Source: Candidatus Eiseniibacteriota bacterium (GTDB lineage: Bacteria > Eisenbacteria > RBG-16-71-46). From it: DNA of 64,000 nucleotides. Positions 40,491 to 57,602 of this stretch are shown here, piece after piece. The notes beneath the pieces were generated by a model that searched no databases, had not been told where the DNA came from, and saw only the letters and a list, made by a program, of their open reading frames with translations. Made by a program: the position numbers and the translations under genes. The DNA lies in NCBI GenBank assembly GCA_963776245.1, contig CAVZLN010000006.1:160001-224000 (forward strand). The letters are read 5' to 3'. Each line of letters begins with the position of its first letter. Within the stretch, counting starts at the first letter, position 1.

Positions 40491-43067
40491 ATGATCGGGC
40501 CGATGCTGGTGGCCGCCGCGGTCATCGCGGCGCTGTGGGCGGTGCGCGAGGGACGCCGAGGACATGCCCGGCACATCGGGCGGGCGCTCGCCGCGTTCGC
40601 CCTCGCCGTGCTCGCCCAGCGCGGGATGCGCGCCCTCGCGGGCGCTTCCGCTCCGGCCGGTGTCCAGGCCACCGCGCTCGCGCTCTCGGCGCTCGCCGGG
40701 CTGGTCGCCTGGACCGCGCTCGCCTGGCTCGCCGCCTTCGCGCCGCGCCGTCGCGACCTGTTCCTGCGCGCGCCGTTCGCGGTCATCGCGCTCTTGATCG
40801 CGCTCACCGGCAATTGGATCGGCAGCGCGGCATTCATGCTGGTCGCCGTGCTCCGCTTCCGCTGGAGCGCCGGCCTGCCCACGCTCCGGCTGTTCCACCT
40901 GGCACTCGGGGCGGCCGCGCTGGTGGTGGTGTCCGGCTGGAGGCTGACGCCGCTCGACCCCGCGCTCACGCGACCGGGGCCCCTCGCGGCGGCTCTCGAG
41001 TTCGCCCGGTGGGCGCGCGTGGTGTCGTTTGGCTACCTGCTGGTCGCGGTGCCCCGGCTGCTGTGGGCGTTCCTGCGCGACCCGAGTCTCGGGATCCGCA
41101 CCGCCGGCCGGCGTCTCGCCCTGTCGCACGTTCTGGTGGTCGCGGTGCCCCTCGCGCTGCTCGGCGCGCTCTGGATGTTCACGACGGTGCTCGGCGTCGG
41201 GAATGAGCGCGCGATGGTGGGTGCGCGCATGGTGGCCGCCGAAGGTCGCCAGCTCGAGGGGGCGCTGCGCGCAGTGCTCGCGCGCTCCGACGGCTCCGAC
41301 GCGGCGCTGCGCGCGCTCCCGCGGGCGAGCGCCGACCGCTGGCCGGGGCTCGGCGTGTGGCGCGTCCGGGACGGCGCGGTCGCCCGCCTCGCCGGCGACT
41401 CGCTCGCCTCCGCGCCCGCGCTGGCGCGCTGGGTGGCGGGGCTCGACTCGCTGCCGGCGAGCGGCGTGGTGCTGCTGCTCGAGGGCAGCTTCCTCGGCGC
41501 GGCGGCCCGCGCGACGAGCGCGCCGGGACTCGCGGCGGTGGCGCTCGCCCCGATCGACTCGGTGCTGACGCGTGCGCCATCGCAGGTCGCGGGCGCACGG
41601 TTGCGGCTGATCGTGGGAGCGGTCAGCGCCGCCGGCGGCGCGGTGCAGCTGGGCGCGGACGACATCTCGCTCGCCGCCGCGATGCCGCGCGACTCGCTCG
41701 CCTCCGGGGAGCATGCGCCCGGCCCCGGCACGCGGCGATCGAGCCCGGACTCCGCGCGACTCGCGCGCGCCCGCGCGAGCCTGCGGGCTTTCGGCCTCCC
41801 GGACTCGCTGGTCCAACTCGACGCCGCCGGAACGCGAGGCCTCCGCATCACCAGCGGAGGCGAGACCTACGAGACCAAGGGCCTCCCCCGGGACTCGGGC
41901 GACGTGCCTTTCCTGCTCCAGGGCCATGCGCTGGTGGAGGGGATCATCCTCACCCGCGACGGCTGGGTGAAGACGCGCCCGCTGCTCGCGGCGAGCGCGC
42001 GCCCGCTCGAGGTGCTCACCGGTCTCTACCGCAACACGCGCGACGATCCCCTCAGCCTGTTGCCGCTCGGGATCGTGCTGGCGCTCACCCTGAGCGCGCT
42101 GCTGGTGATCGTCTTCGACGTGGTGATGGTCACCGGCATGGGCCGGAGCATCACCGCCGCGATCCAGGCGCTGAAGGTGGGCGCGCGCCGGCTCGAGAGC
42201 GGCGATCTCTCCCACCGCATCGCGGTGGCGGGGGACGACGACCTGTGGGAGGTGGCCTCGACCTTCAATCAGGCGAGCGCCGGGCTCGAGCACGCCCGCG
42301 AACTGGAGAAGGAGGCCGAGCGCCTCGAGGGCGAGCTGGCGCTGGCCCGTCGCATCCAGGCCCGCCTGCTGCCCGCGGGCCCGCCCGTGATCGAAGGGCT
42401 GGAGATCGCCGGCCTCAGCGAGCCGGCGCGCGAGGTCGGCGGCGACTACTTCGACCACATCCCGCTGGGGGACGGCCGGGTGATGCTGGTGATCGCCGAC
42501 GTCTCGGGCAAGGGCGTGGGCGCCGCGCTGCTGATGTCGGCGTTCCGCGCCTCGCTGATGAGCCAGGACAGCGCGAACTCCGCCCCCGACGCGCTCGCGG
42601 GCAGGCTCAACGAGTTCCTGCATCGAAGCGTGGACCCGGGCAAGTTCGTGACGGCGTTCGTGGCGTTCCTCGACGGCCGCGACGGCCGGCTGGTGTACGC
42701 CAACGCCGGTCACAACCCGCCCGTGCTCCTGCGCCGCGACGGCGCGCACCTCATGCTCACCACCGGCGGGCTGATCCTGGGCATCCTGCCCGGCAGCACG
42801 TTCGAATGCGGCGAGGCGGTGCTGGCGCCCGGCGACCTGGTGGCGCTCTACACCGACGGCGTGACCGAGGGCGCGAACGCCACCGGCGAGCAGTGGGGCG
42901 AGGAGCGCCTGCTGGCCGCGCTGCGGGCGCGGGCGGATGCGCCGTGCGTGGGAATGGCGCGCGCCATCGTGGACGAGGTGCGCGCGTTCGAGGGCGAATC
43001 AGGCCCCGCGGACGACATCACGCTGCTGGTGGCGCGGCGGGTGGCCGGCCCGCCCGCTTCCCGCTGA
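40491..43067 (+). CDS. Membrane-anchored HAMP + PP2C/SpoIIE (RsbU-like) phosphatase
   Basis: Many TM helices; HAMP (GDLSHRI..DDLWEVASTFN); ARRIQARLLP, VGGDYFD, IADVSGKG, NAGHNPP, LYTDGVTE, DDITLL. Confidence 0.9.
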   Translation: MIGPMLVAAAVIAALWAVREGRRGHARHIGRALAAFALAVLAQRGMRALAGASAPAGVQATALALSALAGLVAWTALAWLAAFAPRRRDLFLRAPFAVIALLIALTGNWIGSAAFMLVAVLRFRWSAGLPTLRLFHLALGAAALVVVSGWRLTPLDPALTRPGPLAAALEFARWARVVSFGYLLVAVPRLLWAFLRDPSLGIRTAGRRLALSHVLVVAVPLALLGALWMFTTVLGVGNERAMVGARMVAAEGRQLEGALRAVLARSDGSDAALRALPRASADRWPGLGVWRVRDGAVARLAGDSLASAPALARWVAGLDSLPASGVVLLLEGSFLGAAARATSAPGLAAVALAPIDSVLTRAPSQVAGARLRLIVGAVSAAGGAVQLGADDISLAAAMPRDSLASGEHAPGPGTRRSSPDSARLARARASLRAFGLPDSLVQLDAAGTRGLRITSGGETYETKGLPRDSGDVPFLLQGHALVEGIILTRDGWVKTRPLLAASARPLEVLTGLYRNTRDDPLSLLPLGIVLALTLSALLVIVFDVVMVTGMGRSITAAIQALKVGARRLESGDLSHRIAVAGDDDLWEVASTFNQASAGLEHARELEKEAERLEGELALARRIQARLLPAGPPVIEGLEIAGLSEPAREVGGDYFDHIPLGDGRVMLVIADVSGKGVGAALLMSAFRASLMSQDSANSAPDALAGRLNEFLHRSVDPGKFVTAFVAFLDGRDGRLVYANAGHNPPVLLRRDGAHLMLTTGGLILGILPGSTFECGEAVLAPGDLVALYTDGVTEGANATGEQWGEERLLAALRARADAPCVGMARAIVDEVRAFEGESGPADDITLLVARRVAGPPASR

Positions 43068-43088
43068 GCGCCGGGCGGCGGCGCCGAC

Positions 43089-43574
43089 TCAGGGCGCCGC
43101 CACGCTGGTGTGATCGTGGGTGATCCGCCAGCCCGCGCCCCGGACCTTGCGCATCAGCAGGGTGAACCGTCCCCGCGGAGCGCCGTCCTTGAGCGTGAGC
43201 GCCCAGCCGCCTTTCACGAGGGCGGCATCGGGGGAAAGCACCTGGACGTCCTGGATCTCGAACGCGAGCTTGCCCATCTCGCGCCCCTCGCCCTGGTAGC
43301 GGCGCTGATAGCGGTCGTGCGCCATCTGCCAGCCGCGCGAGACGTCCCCGCCGCTGTAGAAGGTGAGCGAGTCCGAGCGCCAGTAGGCCGCCATGAACGC
43401 CTCGAGGTCGCCGCGGTTCCACGCCACCACCTGGGCGTCGAGGACTCCCCGGATCTCCGCCCCGGCGCGGGCGGCGAGGCGCGGCGAGGGACCGGCGGCG
43501 CCCGCCGGCGCGGCGGACGCCAGCAGCGCGAGGGACAGCACCAGGCGGCGGAACGGGCGGTTGACGGCGGACAC
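43089..43574 (-). CDS. NTF2/SnoaL-like (DUF4440) exported protein
   Basis: QVVAWNRGDLEAFMAAYW, GRFTL, GWRITHDHTS. Confidence 0.85.
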   Translation of the reverse strand: MSAVNRPFRRLVLSLALLASAAPAGAAGPSPRLAARAGAEIRGVLDAQVVAWNRGDLEAFMAAYWRSDSLTFYSGGDVSRGWQMAHDRYQRRYQGEGREMGKLAFEIQDVQVLSPDAALVKGGWALTLKDGAPRGRFTLLMRKVRGAGWRITHDHTSVAAP

Positions 43575-43848
43575 GCGGGCCTCCTCGTGGTGGGCGGACC
43601 GGCGCATCCTGACCGCCCGGCCCGAGCGGCGCAACCTCTCGCGGCGCACCGGTCAGGGGCGACCGAAACACCTTGCCCGGGCCGCGCGGACTCGGCTATC
43701 CTCCCGCGTCCTTCGTGGCCGGAGACCGGCCTCGTCGACTGAATCCCCCACTGGCCGGGCTGCAGCCCTCGCGCTTCACCGCGACTGCCCTGCCGGACCT
43801 CCGGCGATCACGCCGGTCGCCTCTTCCATGACACTCGAGGAGCAGCCG

Positions 43849-46251
<2,403 letters not shown>

Positions 46252-46502
46252 CGCCCCGGCAAGGCCGTCCTCTTCCGCGCCCCCGTCGCTCCGCCGGCGG
46301 GGGCGCGGCGCGTCCGGGGTCCCCGGCGCCCGGCCGGTCCCCGCGCGCGGCGCGGCCGGGCGCGGCGCGGCGGACTGCGCTCCGCGGCCCGCCCGCCGCG
46401 TCCGTCGCGAGGGCCTTGACGCGCGCGTGAGGTTCGGGTTGGCTCCCGCGGTCCCATCGCGCCCCCACCGCGCCCACGTCCCTATCTCACCAGGAGAACG
46501 TC

Positions 46503-48302
46503 ATGAGCCTCCGCATCCCGCGCGCCGGCCTCCACGCGCTCGCCGCGGCCGCCGCGCTCGCGGTGGCGTGCGTCGCGCACGCCGCGGCGCCGGCGAAGGG
46601 CAAGGTCGCCACGCCCGCCGGCCCCCCCGCCGCCGAGGAGCACGTCCTGTCGAACGGCATGAAGATCGTGCTCATCCCGCGCCACCTCTCGCCGGTGGTC
46701 GCCGGGGGCTGGGTGGCGCACGTCGGGTCGGCGAACGAGCGCCCCGGCATCACCGGGATCTCCCACCTGTTCGAACACATGATGTTCAAGGGCACGCGCA
46801 CCATCGGCACCCGGGACATCGAGAAGGACCTGAGGCTCATCGATCAGCAGGAGGCGCTCCAGACCGAGATGCGCGCCGAGATGTCATCCCAGCGGGCGCG
46901 CCTGCGCCGCGGGGAGATCGACGACATCTCCAAACCCGAGAGCAAGACCCCGCGCTTCAAGGAGCTCGAGCAGCAGTTCGACGCCCTGGTCGCCGAGCAG
47001 CGCGCCAACATGATCAAGAACGAGTTCGACAACACGCTGCAGCGCAACGGGGCGACGATGATCAACGCCTTCACCAACGAGGACCAGACCTTCTACTTCG
47101 AGGCGGTCCCCGCCAACAAGCTGGAGCTGTGGTTCTGGATGGAGGCCGACCGCCTGCGCAATCCGGTGTTCCGCGAGTTCTACTCCGAGCGCGACGTGGT
47201 GTACGAGGAGCGCCGCCTGCGCACCGAGTCCACCCCCACCGGCAAGATCGAGGAGGCGTTCAACGCGCTGTTCTGGGAAGCGAGCCCCTACCGCTGGCCG
47301 GTGGTGGGCTGGCCGAGCGACCTGCCGTTCATCACCAAGGCGCAGGCCGACGAGTACTACTCCCTGTACTACGCGCCGCAGAACCTGACCGCGCTGCTGG
47401 TCGGCGACTTCGATCCCGCGCAGGTCGTGCCCCTCGCCGAGCGCTACCTCGGCGCCATCCCGCGCGGCCCGCGCCCGGCGCCCGAGATGATCACCATGGA
47501 GACGAAGTCCACGGCGGAGAAGCGCTTCATCGCCGAGGCCGAGACCAACCCTTCCGTGAACGTGCGCTGGCACACCGTGGCGTTCGTGCACAAGGACGCT
47601 CCGGTGCTCGACCTCATCGAGACCCTGATGAGCGGCCCGACCGGGCGCCTGCAGCGTTCGCTGGTGCAGGGCTCCAAGCTCGCCACCAGCGCCGGCGCCT
47701 CGCACGATCCGCGCAAGTACGAAGGGCTGTTCGAGATCGACGCCGAGGCCCGCGAAGGGCACACCCCCGAGGAGCTGGAGCAGGCGATCCACGCCGAGAT
47801 CGACAAGCTGGTCCAGACGCCGGTTTCGGCCGAGGAGCTGCAGAGCGCGAAGAACCGCTACCTGACCTCCACCTATCGCTCGCTGGGATCGAACTTCCAG
47901 CTGCTCGTGCGCTACGGCGTGGCCGAGGGCCGCGGCTCGTGGCGTGACGCCGACAAGCTCGAAGGCGCGGTGCAGGCGGTGACCGCGGACGAGGTCCAGC
48001 GGGCCGCGAAGGCGTACTTCACGCGCGAGAACCGCGCGGTGGCGCTGATCCATCGCAAGGCCGGGGCCGAGGGCGTGGACCCGGCGCTCGCGGCGCTGCC
48101 GGCCGACGCGCAGAAGATGGCCCGGCAGTTCGTCCAGCGCATCCAGGGAACCACCGACGCCGCGCAGCTCCAGGGGATGATGGGACGCATCGAATCGATG
48201 GGCGCCCAGATGCCGCCGGAGATGAAGCCCGCTCTCGACTACATCCGCCTCAAGGCGCAGGCCCGGCTCGCCGAGCTCAACGCCTCCGGCGACAAGAAGT
48301 GA
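46503..48302 (+). CDS. M16 zinc peptidase, active subunit
   Basis: Signal peptide; GISHLFEHMMFKG (HxxEH), NAFT..DQT, ERDVVYEERR. Confidence 0.92.
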   Translation: MSLRIPRAGLHALAAAAALAVACVAHAAAPAKGKVATPAGPPAAEEHVLSNGMKIVLIPRHLSPVVAGGWVAHVGSANERPGITGISHLFEHMMFKGTRTIGTRDIEKDLRLIDQQEALQTEMRAEMSSQRARLRRGEIDDISKPESKTPRFKELEQQFDALVAEQRANMIKNEFDNTLQRNGATMINAFTNEDQTFYFEAVPANKLELWFWMEADRLRNPVFREFYSERDVVYEERRLRTESTPTGKIEEAFNALFWEASPYRWPVVGWPSDLPFITKAQADEYYSLYYAPQNLTALLVGDFDPAQVVPLAERYLGAIPRGPRPAPEMITMETKSTAEKRFIAEAETNPSVNVRWHTVAFVHKDAPVLDLIETLMSGPTGRLQRSLVQGSKLATSAGASHDPRKYEGLFEIDAEAREGHTPEELEQAIHAEIDKLVQTPVSAEELQSAKNRYLTSTYRSLGSNFQLLVRYGVAEGRGSWRDADKLEGAVQAVTADEVQRAAKAYFTRENRAVALIHRKAGAEGVDPALAALPADAQKMARQFVQRIQGTTDAAQLQGMMGRIESMGAQMPPEMKPALDYIRLKAQARLAELNASGDKK

Positions 48303-48316
48303 AGGGAGGTCACGCC

Positions 48317-49882
48317 ATGATCACGTCTCTCACGCCGTCCCGCGCGGGGCTCGCGGCCTTCGCCGTGGCCGCCCTCGCGCTGACATCGCACGCCACCGCC
48401 GTGGGCGCGCCGAGTATGCCCGCCCGCCCCGAGGAGCTGAAGTTCCCACCCCTGCAGTACGCGGCGCCGCGGGCGGCCGAGTACCGCGTCAAGCTCGCCA
48501 ACGGCATGATCGCCTACCTGGTGCCCGACCGGACGCAGCCGCTGGTGCAGGTGCACGTGCTGCTGCGGGCGGGCGCCGACCTGGATCCGGCCGGCAAGGA
48601 AGGGCTGGCCGAGCTCGCCCTGCACCAGCTCACGCGCGGCGGCACCGCGGCGCGCACGCCGGCCCAGATGGAGGATCGCGTCGCTTTCCTGGGCGGCGTC
48701 CTCGAGTCGCAGATGGGCGGCGGCGGCGGGGGCATGTTCGGCATCGGCGGCGTGCCGATCACCGCGGCCGAGTCGCGGGTCAGCCTGAACGTGCTGTCGA
48801 AGGACATCGACGAGGGTCTCGGCCTGCTGATCGAGTGCCTCAAGACCCCGGCGTTCGACGCCGACCGTCTCAAGCTGCGCAAGGACCAGATGCTCCAGAC
48901 CATGCGGGAGCGCAACGACGACACCGCCCCCATCGAGGCACGCGAGTGGAACGTGCTCATGCAGGGCGAGGGCCACTGGACCAACCGGTGGTCCACGCAG
49001 GCCTCGCTCGACGGCATCACCGCGGACGATCTGAGGGCGTTCCACCGCCGCTACTTCGGGCCGCGCAACTTCCTGCTCGCGGTGAGCGGGGACTTCGATC
49101 GCGCGGCGATGGTGAAGCGCCTCGAGAAGGCGTTCGCGGCCTGGCCCTCGCCCGGCGAGCGGGCGCCGTCGCCGGCCGCGCCCACGGCGCCCGCCGCCAA
49201 GGGGTGGTTCGTGGTGAACAAGGAGGTCAATCAGGCGCGGGTCTCGCTCGGACTGCGGGCCATCGACCGCTACGATCCGGACTTCGCCGCGGCCCGGGTG
49301 ATGAACGACATCTTCGGCGGCGGCGGGTTCTCGTCGCGGCTGGTGAATCGCATCCGCTCGGACGAGGGGCTCGCCTACTCGGTATCGTCGCGGCTGGAGG
49401 GTGGGGTCTACTATCCCGACCCGCTGCGCGTCGTGTTCCAGACCAAGGTGCGCTCGGTGGCGTACGCGGTGTCCATCGCGCTCGCGGAACTGCAGCGCAT
49501 GCGCGATTCGCTGGTCACCGATGCGGAGCTCGAGACCGCGCGCAACAAGATGGCCGAGTCCCTCCCCACGCAGTTCGAGACCGCGGCGGCCATCGCCGGC
49601 CGGCTCGCGGCCGAGGAGCTCACCGGGCGCTACACCCGGGACCCGGGCTACTACCCCGAATATCGCTCCCGGATCATGGCGGTCACGCGGCAGGACGTGC
49701 AACGCGTCGCACGCCGCCTGCTCGACCCGTCCCGGCTCGCCTTCCTGGTGGTCGGCGACGCCCGGGAGATGATGCTCGGCGACGGCAAGCACGACGCGAG
49801 TGTCACGGCGCTCGCCGGCGGCGAGCCGCAGCGCCTGCCGCTGCGCGACCCGCTCACCATGAAGCCGATGGCGAATCCCTGA
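48317..49882 (+). CDS. M16 peptidase-like partner subunit lacking HxxEH
   Basis: M16 fold motifs (GKEGLA, GGGGFSSRLVNRIRSDEGLAY); no zinc motif. Confidence 0.85.
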   Translation: MITSLTPSRAGLAAFAVAALALTSHATAVGAPSMPARPEELKFPPLQYAAPRAAEYRVKLANGMIAYLVPDRTQPLVQVHVLLRAGADLDPAGKEGLAELALHQLTRGGTAARTPAQMEDRVAFLGGVLESQMGGGGGGMFGIGGVPITAAESRVSLNVLSKDIDEGLGLLIECLKTPAFDADRLKLRKDQMLQTMRERNDDTAPIEAREWNVLMQGEGHWTNRWSTQASLDGITADDLRAFHRRYFGPRNFLLAVSGDFDRAAMVKRLEKAFAAWPSPGERAPSPAAPTAPAAKGWFVVNKEVNQARVSLGLRAIDRYDPDFAAARVMNDIFGGGGFSSRLVNRIRSDEGLAYSVSSRLEGGVYYPDPLRVVFQTKVRSVAYAVSIALAELQRMRDSLVTDAELETARNKMAESLPTQFETAAAIAGRLAAEELTGRYTRDPGYYPEYRSRIMAVTRQDVQRVARRLLDPSRLAFLVVGDAREMMLGDGKHDASVTALAGGEPQRLPLRDPLTMKPMANP

Positions 49883-49980
49883 AGCGGCACCGCCCGCGCG
49901 GGCGGCGGAGAGGCGGCGCGCCCGCGGGGGCGCGCCGTCGCCTCCCGCAGGGCGGTCACCGGGCGCCGGTGCGCGGGCGC

Positions 49981-51144
49981 TCAGTCGTCGAGCAGGGACT
50001 CGAGCCGCGCCAGGCCGGCGGCGAAGGTCCCGGGCTCGACGATGAGACTCACCACCGCGTACGCCTCGCCCTCGAAGTCGTAGAAGTGCCCCGGGTGCAC
50101 CACGACGTCGCGACGCAGCAGCTCGAGCGTCCACTCCTCCTCGCCGCGCGTGCCGGGCAACCGCAGCACGGCGGCCCACCCGCCATCGCCGGCGAGCCAG
50201 GTGAGCACCGGGCGGCGGACCAGCAGGGCGCGCAGCGCGCCGAGATTGGTGGCGATGCGCGCGCGGGCCCGGGCCTGGAAAGCCTGGCGCGACTCCAGCA
50301 GGCGCGGCAGCGCGGCCTGGACCGGCCCGGACACCGAGAGGAAGAGGTCGGCCAGCCACTCCAGTCCGCGGAGCGCCTCGCCGCGCGCGCGCTCCGGCCC
50401 GCTCGCCACGATCCAGCCCGCCTTCATCTGGGGCATGCCGCACACCTTCGAGAGCCCGCTCATCACGAAGGTGGGCACGCGCTGCTCTCCGACCAGGCTC
50501 GGCAGCGGCGTGTCCCCCCACGCGAAGTCCCCGAACACCTCGTCGCCCACCAGCGCCAGATGGTGGCGCTCGGCGAGCGCCACCACGGCCGCGCGCTCCT
50601 CGGCGTCGAGACACGAGCCGGTCGGATGATTCGGCTGCACCACCACCAGGGCGCGGGCGCGCGCCGCGCCGGCCACCGCTTCGAGCGCGCCGAGGTCCAC
50701 GTGCCAGCGCCCGTCCCAGGCGACGCGGTAGGGACGCACTTCCACGCCCTCGGCGAGCGCCAGCGGGGCGAACAGGGGATACGATGGGGCCGGCACCAGC
50801 ACGCGCTCTCCGGGATCGGCGAGGAGGCGGAACAGGTGGGCGTAACCCTCACTCGTGCTGGCGGTCAGCACGATGTCCTCGGGCGGCGCCTGAAGTCCGC
50901 GCGCGGCCAGATACGCGGACACCGCGGCGCGCGCCGCGAGGCTGCCGCGCGGATCCGGCTGGTAGCGCAGCGCGGCCGGATCGGCGAGCGCGGCGAGCTC
51001 CTGGAGCCCCGCGCCCCCGAGTCCGACGGCGGTCGGATTGGCTTCGCTCAGATCGAGCAGCGGCGCCCCGGCCGCTCGCCGCTCGGCGAGCAGCCGCGCC
51101 CAGGCGTTGGGCTCATGATCGTGAGGGACGCGGCGCGAGAGCAT
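49981..51144 (-). CDS. PLP-dependent aminotransferase class I/II
   Basis: LTASTSEGY, PSYPLF, PNHPTG, GDEVF, SGLSKVCGMPQMKAGW. Confidence 0.88.
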   Translation of the reverse strand: MLSRRVPHDHEPNAWARLLAERRAAGAPLLDLSEANPTAVGLGGAGLQELAALADPAALRYQPDPRGSLAARAAVSAYLAARGLQAPPEDIVLTASTSEGYAHLFRLLADPGERVLVPAPSYPLFAPLALAEGVEVRPYRVAWDGRWHVDLGALEAVAGAARARALVVVQPNHPTGSCLDAEERAAVVALAERHHLALVGDEVFGDFAWGDTPLPSLVGEQRVPTFVMSGLSKVCGMPQMKAGWIVASGPERARGEALRGLEWLADLFLSVSGPVQAALPRLLESRQAFQARARARIATNLGALRALLVRRPVLTWLAGDGGWAAVLRLPGTRGEEEWTLELLRRDVVVHPGHFYDFEGEAYAVVSLIVEPGTFAAGLARLESLLDD

Positions 51145-51371
51145 GCGCGTGAGGCTAGCGGCACGGCGCGCGACCGTCCAGCGGCGGCGGGGCGCCCGCG
51201 GATCGGCCCGCCCGCTCCCGGGCGCAGGACGCCCCGCCACTCGCCGCCGGCCTCGGGAGCCGCATTCCTGGACGCGCCCCGGCCCCCCTGTGCGAGAATG
51301 CCCGCCCTGCAGTCCAGGGTACCGGAGCGTGGCCCGCGCTCCGTCTCGTCGGCACGTCGGGAGGTCGAGAG

Positions 51372-56456
<5,085 letters not shown>

Positions 56457-56493
56457 CTTCAGGCCCACTCCCTGCCCAACCGCCGCTGATCTA

Positions 56494-56600
56494 TCACCGG
56501 AATCAGTGGAAACTCACCGATTCCAGTGAAGGCCTGCTAGGTCGTTGCCCCGCCGGACCTAGGCGGCGGACGAGCGAGTGGAGTTCACCGATTCCGGTGT
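56494..56600. promoter_or_regulatory. Three 16-bp palindromic boxes (putative enhancer/UAS)
   Basis: 56494-56509 TCACCGGAATCAGTGG (inverted copy), 56514-56529 TCACCGATTCCAGTGA, 56585-56600 TCACCGATTCCGGTGT. Confidence 0.7.
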
Positions 56601-56699
56601 TAGCGGGAGAACGCCTGGTCTCATCCGGAGCCTGAGATCCAGCGCCCATCGACATGGACACGAATGCATTAGGTCACGACATCCGATCCGTAGGGCGAC

Positions 56700-56714
56700 T
56701 GGCACAAGAGTCGC
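56700..56714 (+). promoter_or_regulatory. Sigma-54 -24/-12 promoter
   Basis: TGGCAC-AAGAG-TCGC versus consensus TGGCAC-N5-TTGC, 52 bp before the ATG at 56767. Confidence 0.7.
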
Positions 56715-56766
56715 CTTGGGTGGTGCGGTCCGATCCCATTCCAACCACCCAACCGGAGGCTGTCCG

Positions 56767-57084
56767 ATGCGTGCCACTCTCATCCTCTTCGCGACCACCA
56801 TGCTGTTTGTGCTCGCCAGTCCGCTCGGCGCGTTCGCCCAGGCCCCGGCCAGCCTCCCCAACGGGAACTCGCTGAGCCAGGCACCGCCCGTCGACATCGT
56901 GATGTCCCCCCGGATCGCCGGGATCGCCGACCGACTCGTCCGGCTCGCGGGTGGCCTGCGCGCCGCGCTGTACGACCACTTCGTCCTCCCGAGCGCGGGC
57001 GGTCACCGCGTGCCGCAATCGCGAGTCGCCGCAACCGAGCTTGCGACGGTGCCTCCCGCCGGCCGCCGCGCGGACCCTCGATGA
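56767..57084 (+). CDS. Small secreted hypothetical protein (105 aa)
   Basis: GGAGG RBS; signal peptide MRATLILFATTMLFVLASPLGAFA-Q; stop overlaps the next ATG (ATGA). Confidence 0.65.
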   Translation: MRATLILFATTMLFVLASPLGAFAQAPASLPNGNSLSQAPPVDIVMSPRIAGIADRLVRLAGGLRAALYDHFVLPSAGGHRVPQSRVAATELATVPPAGRRADPR

Positions 57085-57602
57085 GTCGACGGGCGGTGGG
57101 CGTGCGCGCACCCGCGTGGATGCTCCGCCACTACCGCTACGCCACCGTGCCGCTGCTCGTGCTGGGAGACGATCCCGGCGCGCGCGCGGCCGTGGCGGAG
57201 GAGTTCTGGCGAGTGGGACCGCTCCGAAGCGGTCCGTTCGTGCGCGTCGACTGCACGAGCGAAGAGAGCACGCTGGCCGCCGCGCTCGAGGACTGGCTCA
57301 CCGTCGGTCAGGACGGCCGTTCGGCCACGCGCCTGCGCGCCACTGAGCGCGGCACACTCTTCCTCGACTCGGTCGATTCGCTGTCGCCGCGGACCCAGCG
57401 CCTGCTCCTCGCGTTCGTGGACCGCTTCCTGGCGCCGGGGCTCGATGCGTCGAGCGGCGCGTGGCGCGGGCGGCTCATCGCGGGGGCCGGGACCGGACTA
57501 CGGGTCGCGGCCGACACCGGCGGCTTCTCGATCGCCTTGCTCGACGGGCTCGACAAGCTGCGGTTCGAGCCCGGGCTCCCGGGTCAGCGGGGCGCCGCGT
57601 GA
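57081..57602 (+). CDS. Degenerate stand-alone sigma-54-interaction (AAA+)-like domain protein
   Basis: VPLLVLGD, GPFVRVDC, GTLFLDSVDSLSPRTQRLLL, RLIAG; Walker A Lys and GAFTGA absent. Confidence 0.65.
   Translation: MSRRAVGVRAPAWMLRHYRYATVPLLVLGDDPGARAAVAEEFWRVGPLRSGPFVRVDCTSEESTLAAALEDWLTVGQDGRSATRLRATERGTLFLDSVDSLSPRTQRLLLAFVDRFLAPGLDASSGAWRGRLIAGAGTGLRVAADTGGFSIALLDGLDKLRFEPGLPGQRGAA

Noticed and set aside
46252..46500. Extremely GC-rich intergenic stretch with short inverted repeats
   Set aside because: Pairing is expected by chance at this composition; no distinct motif
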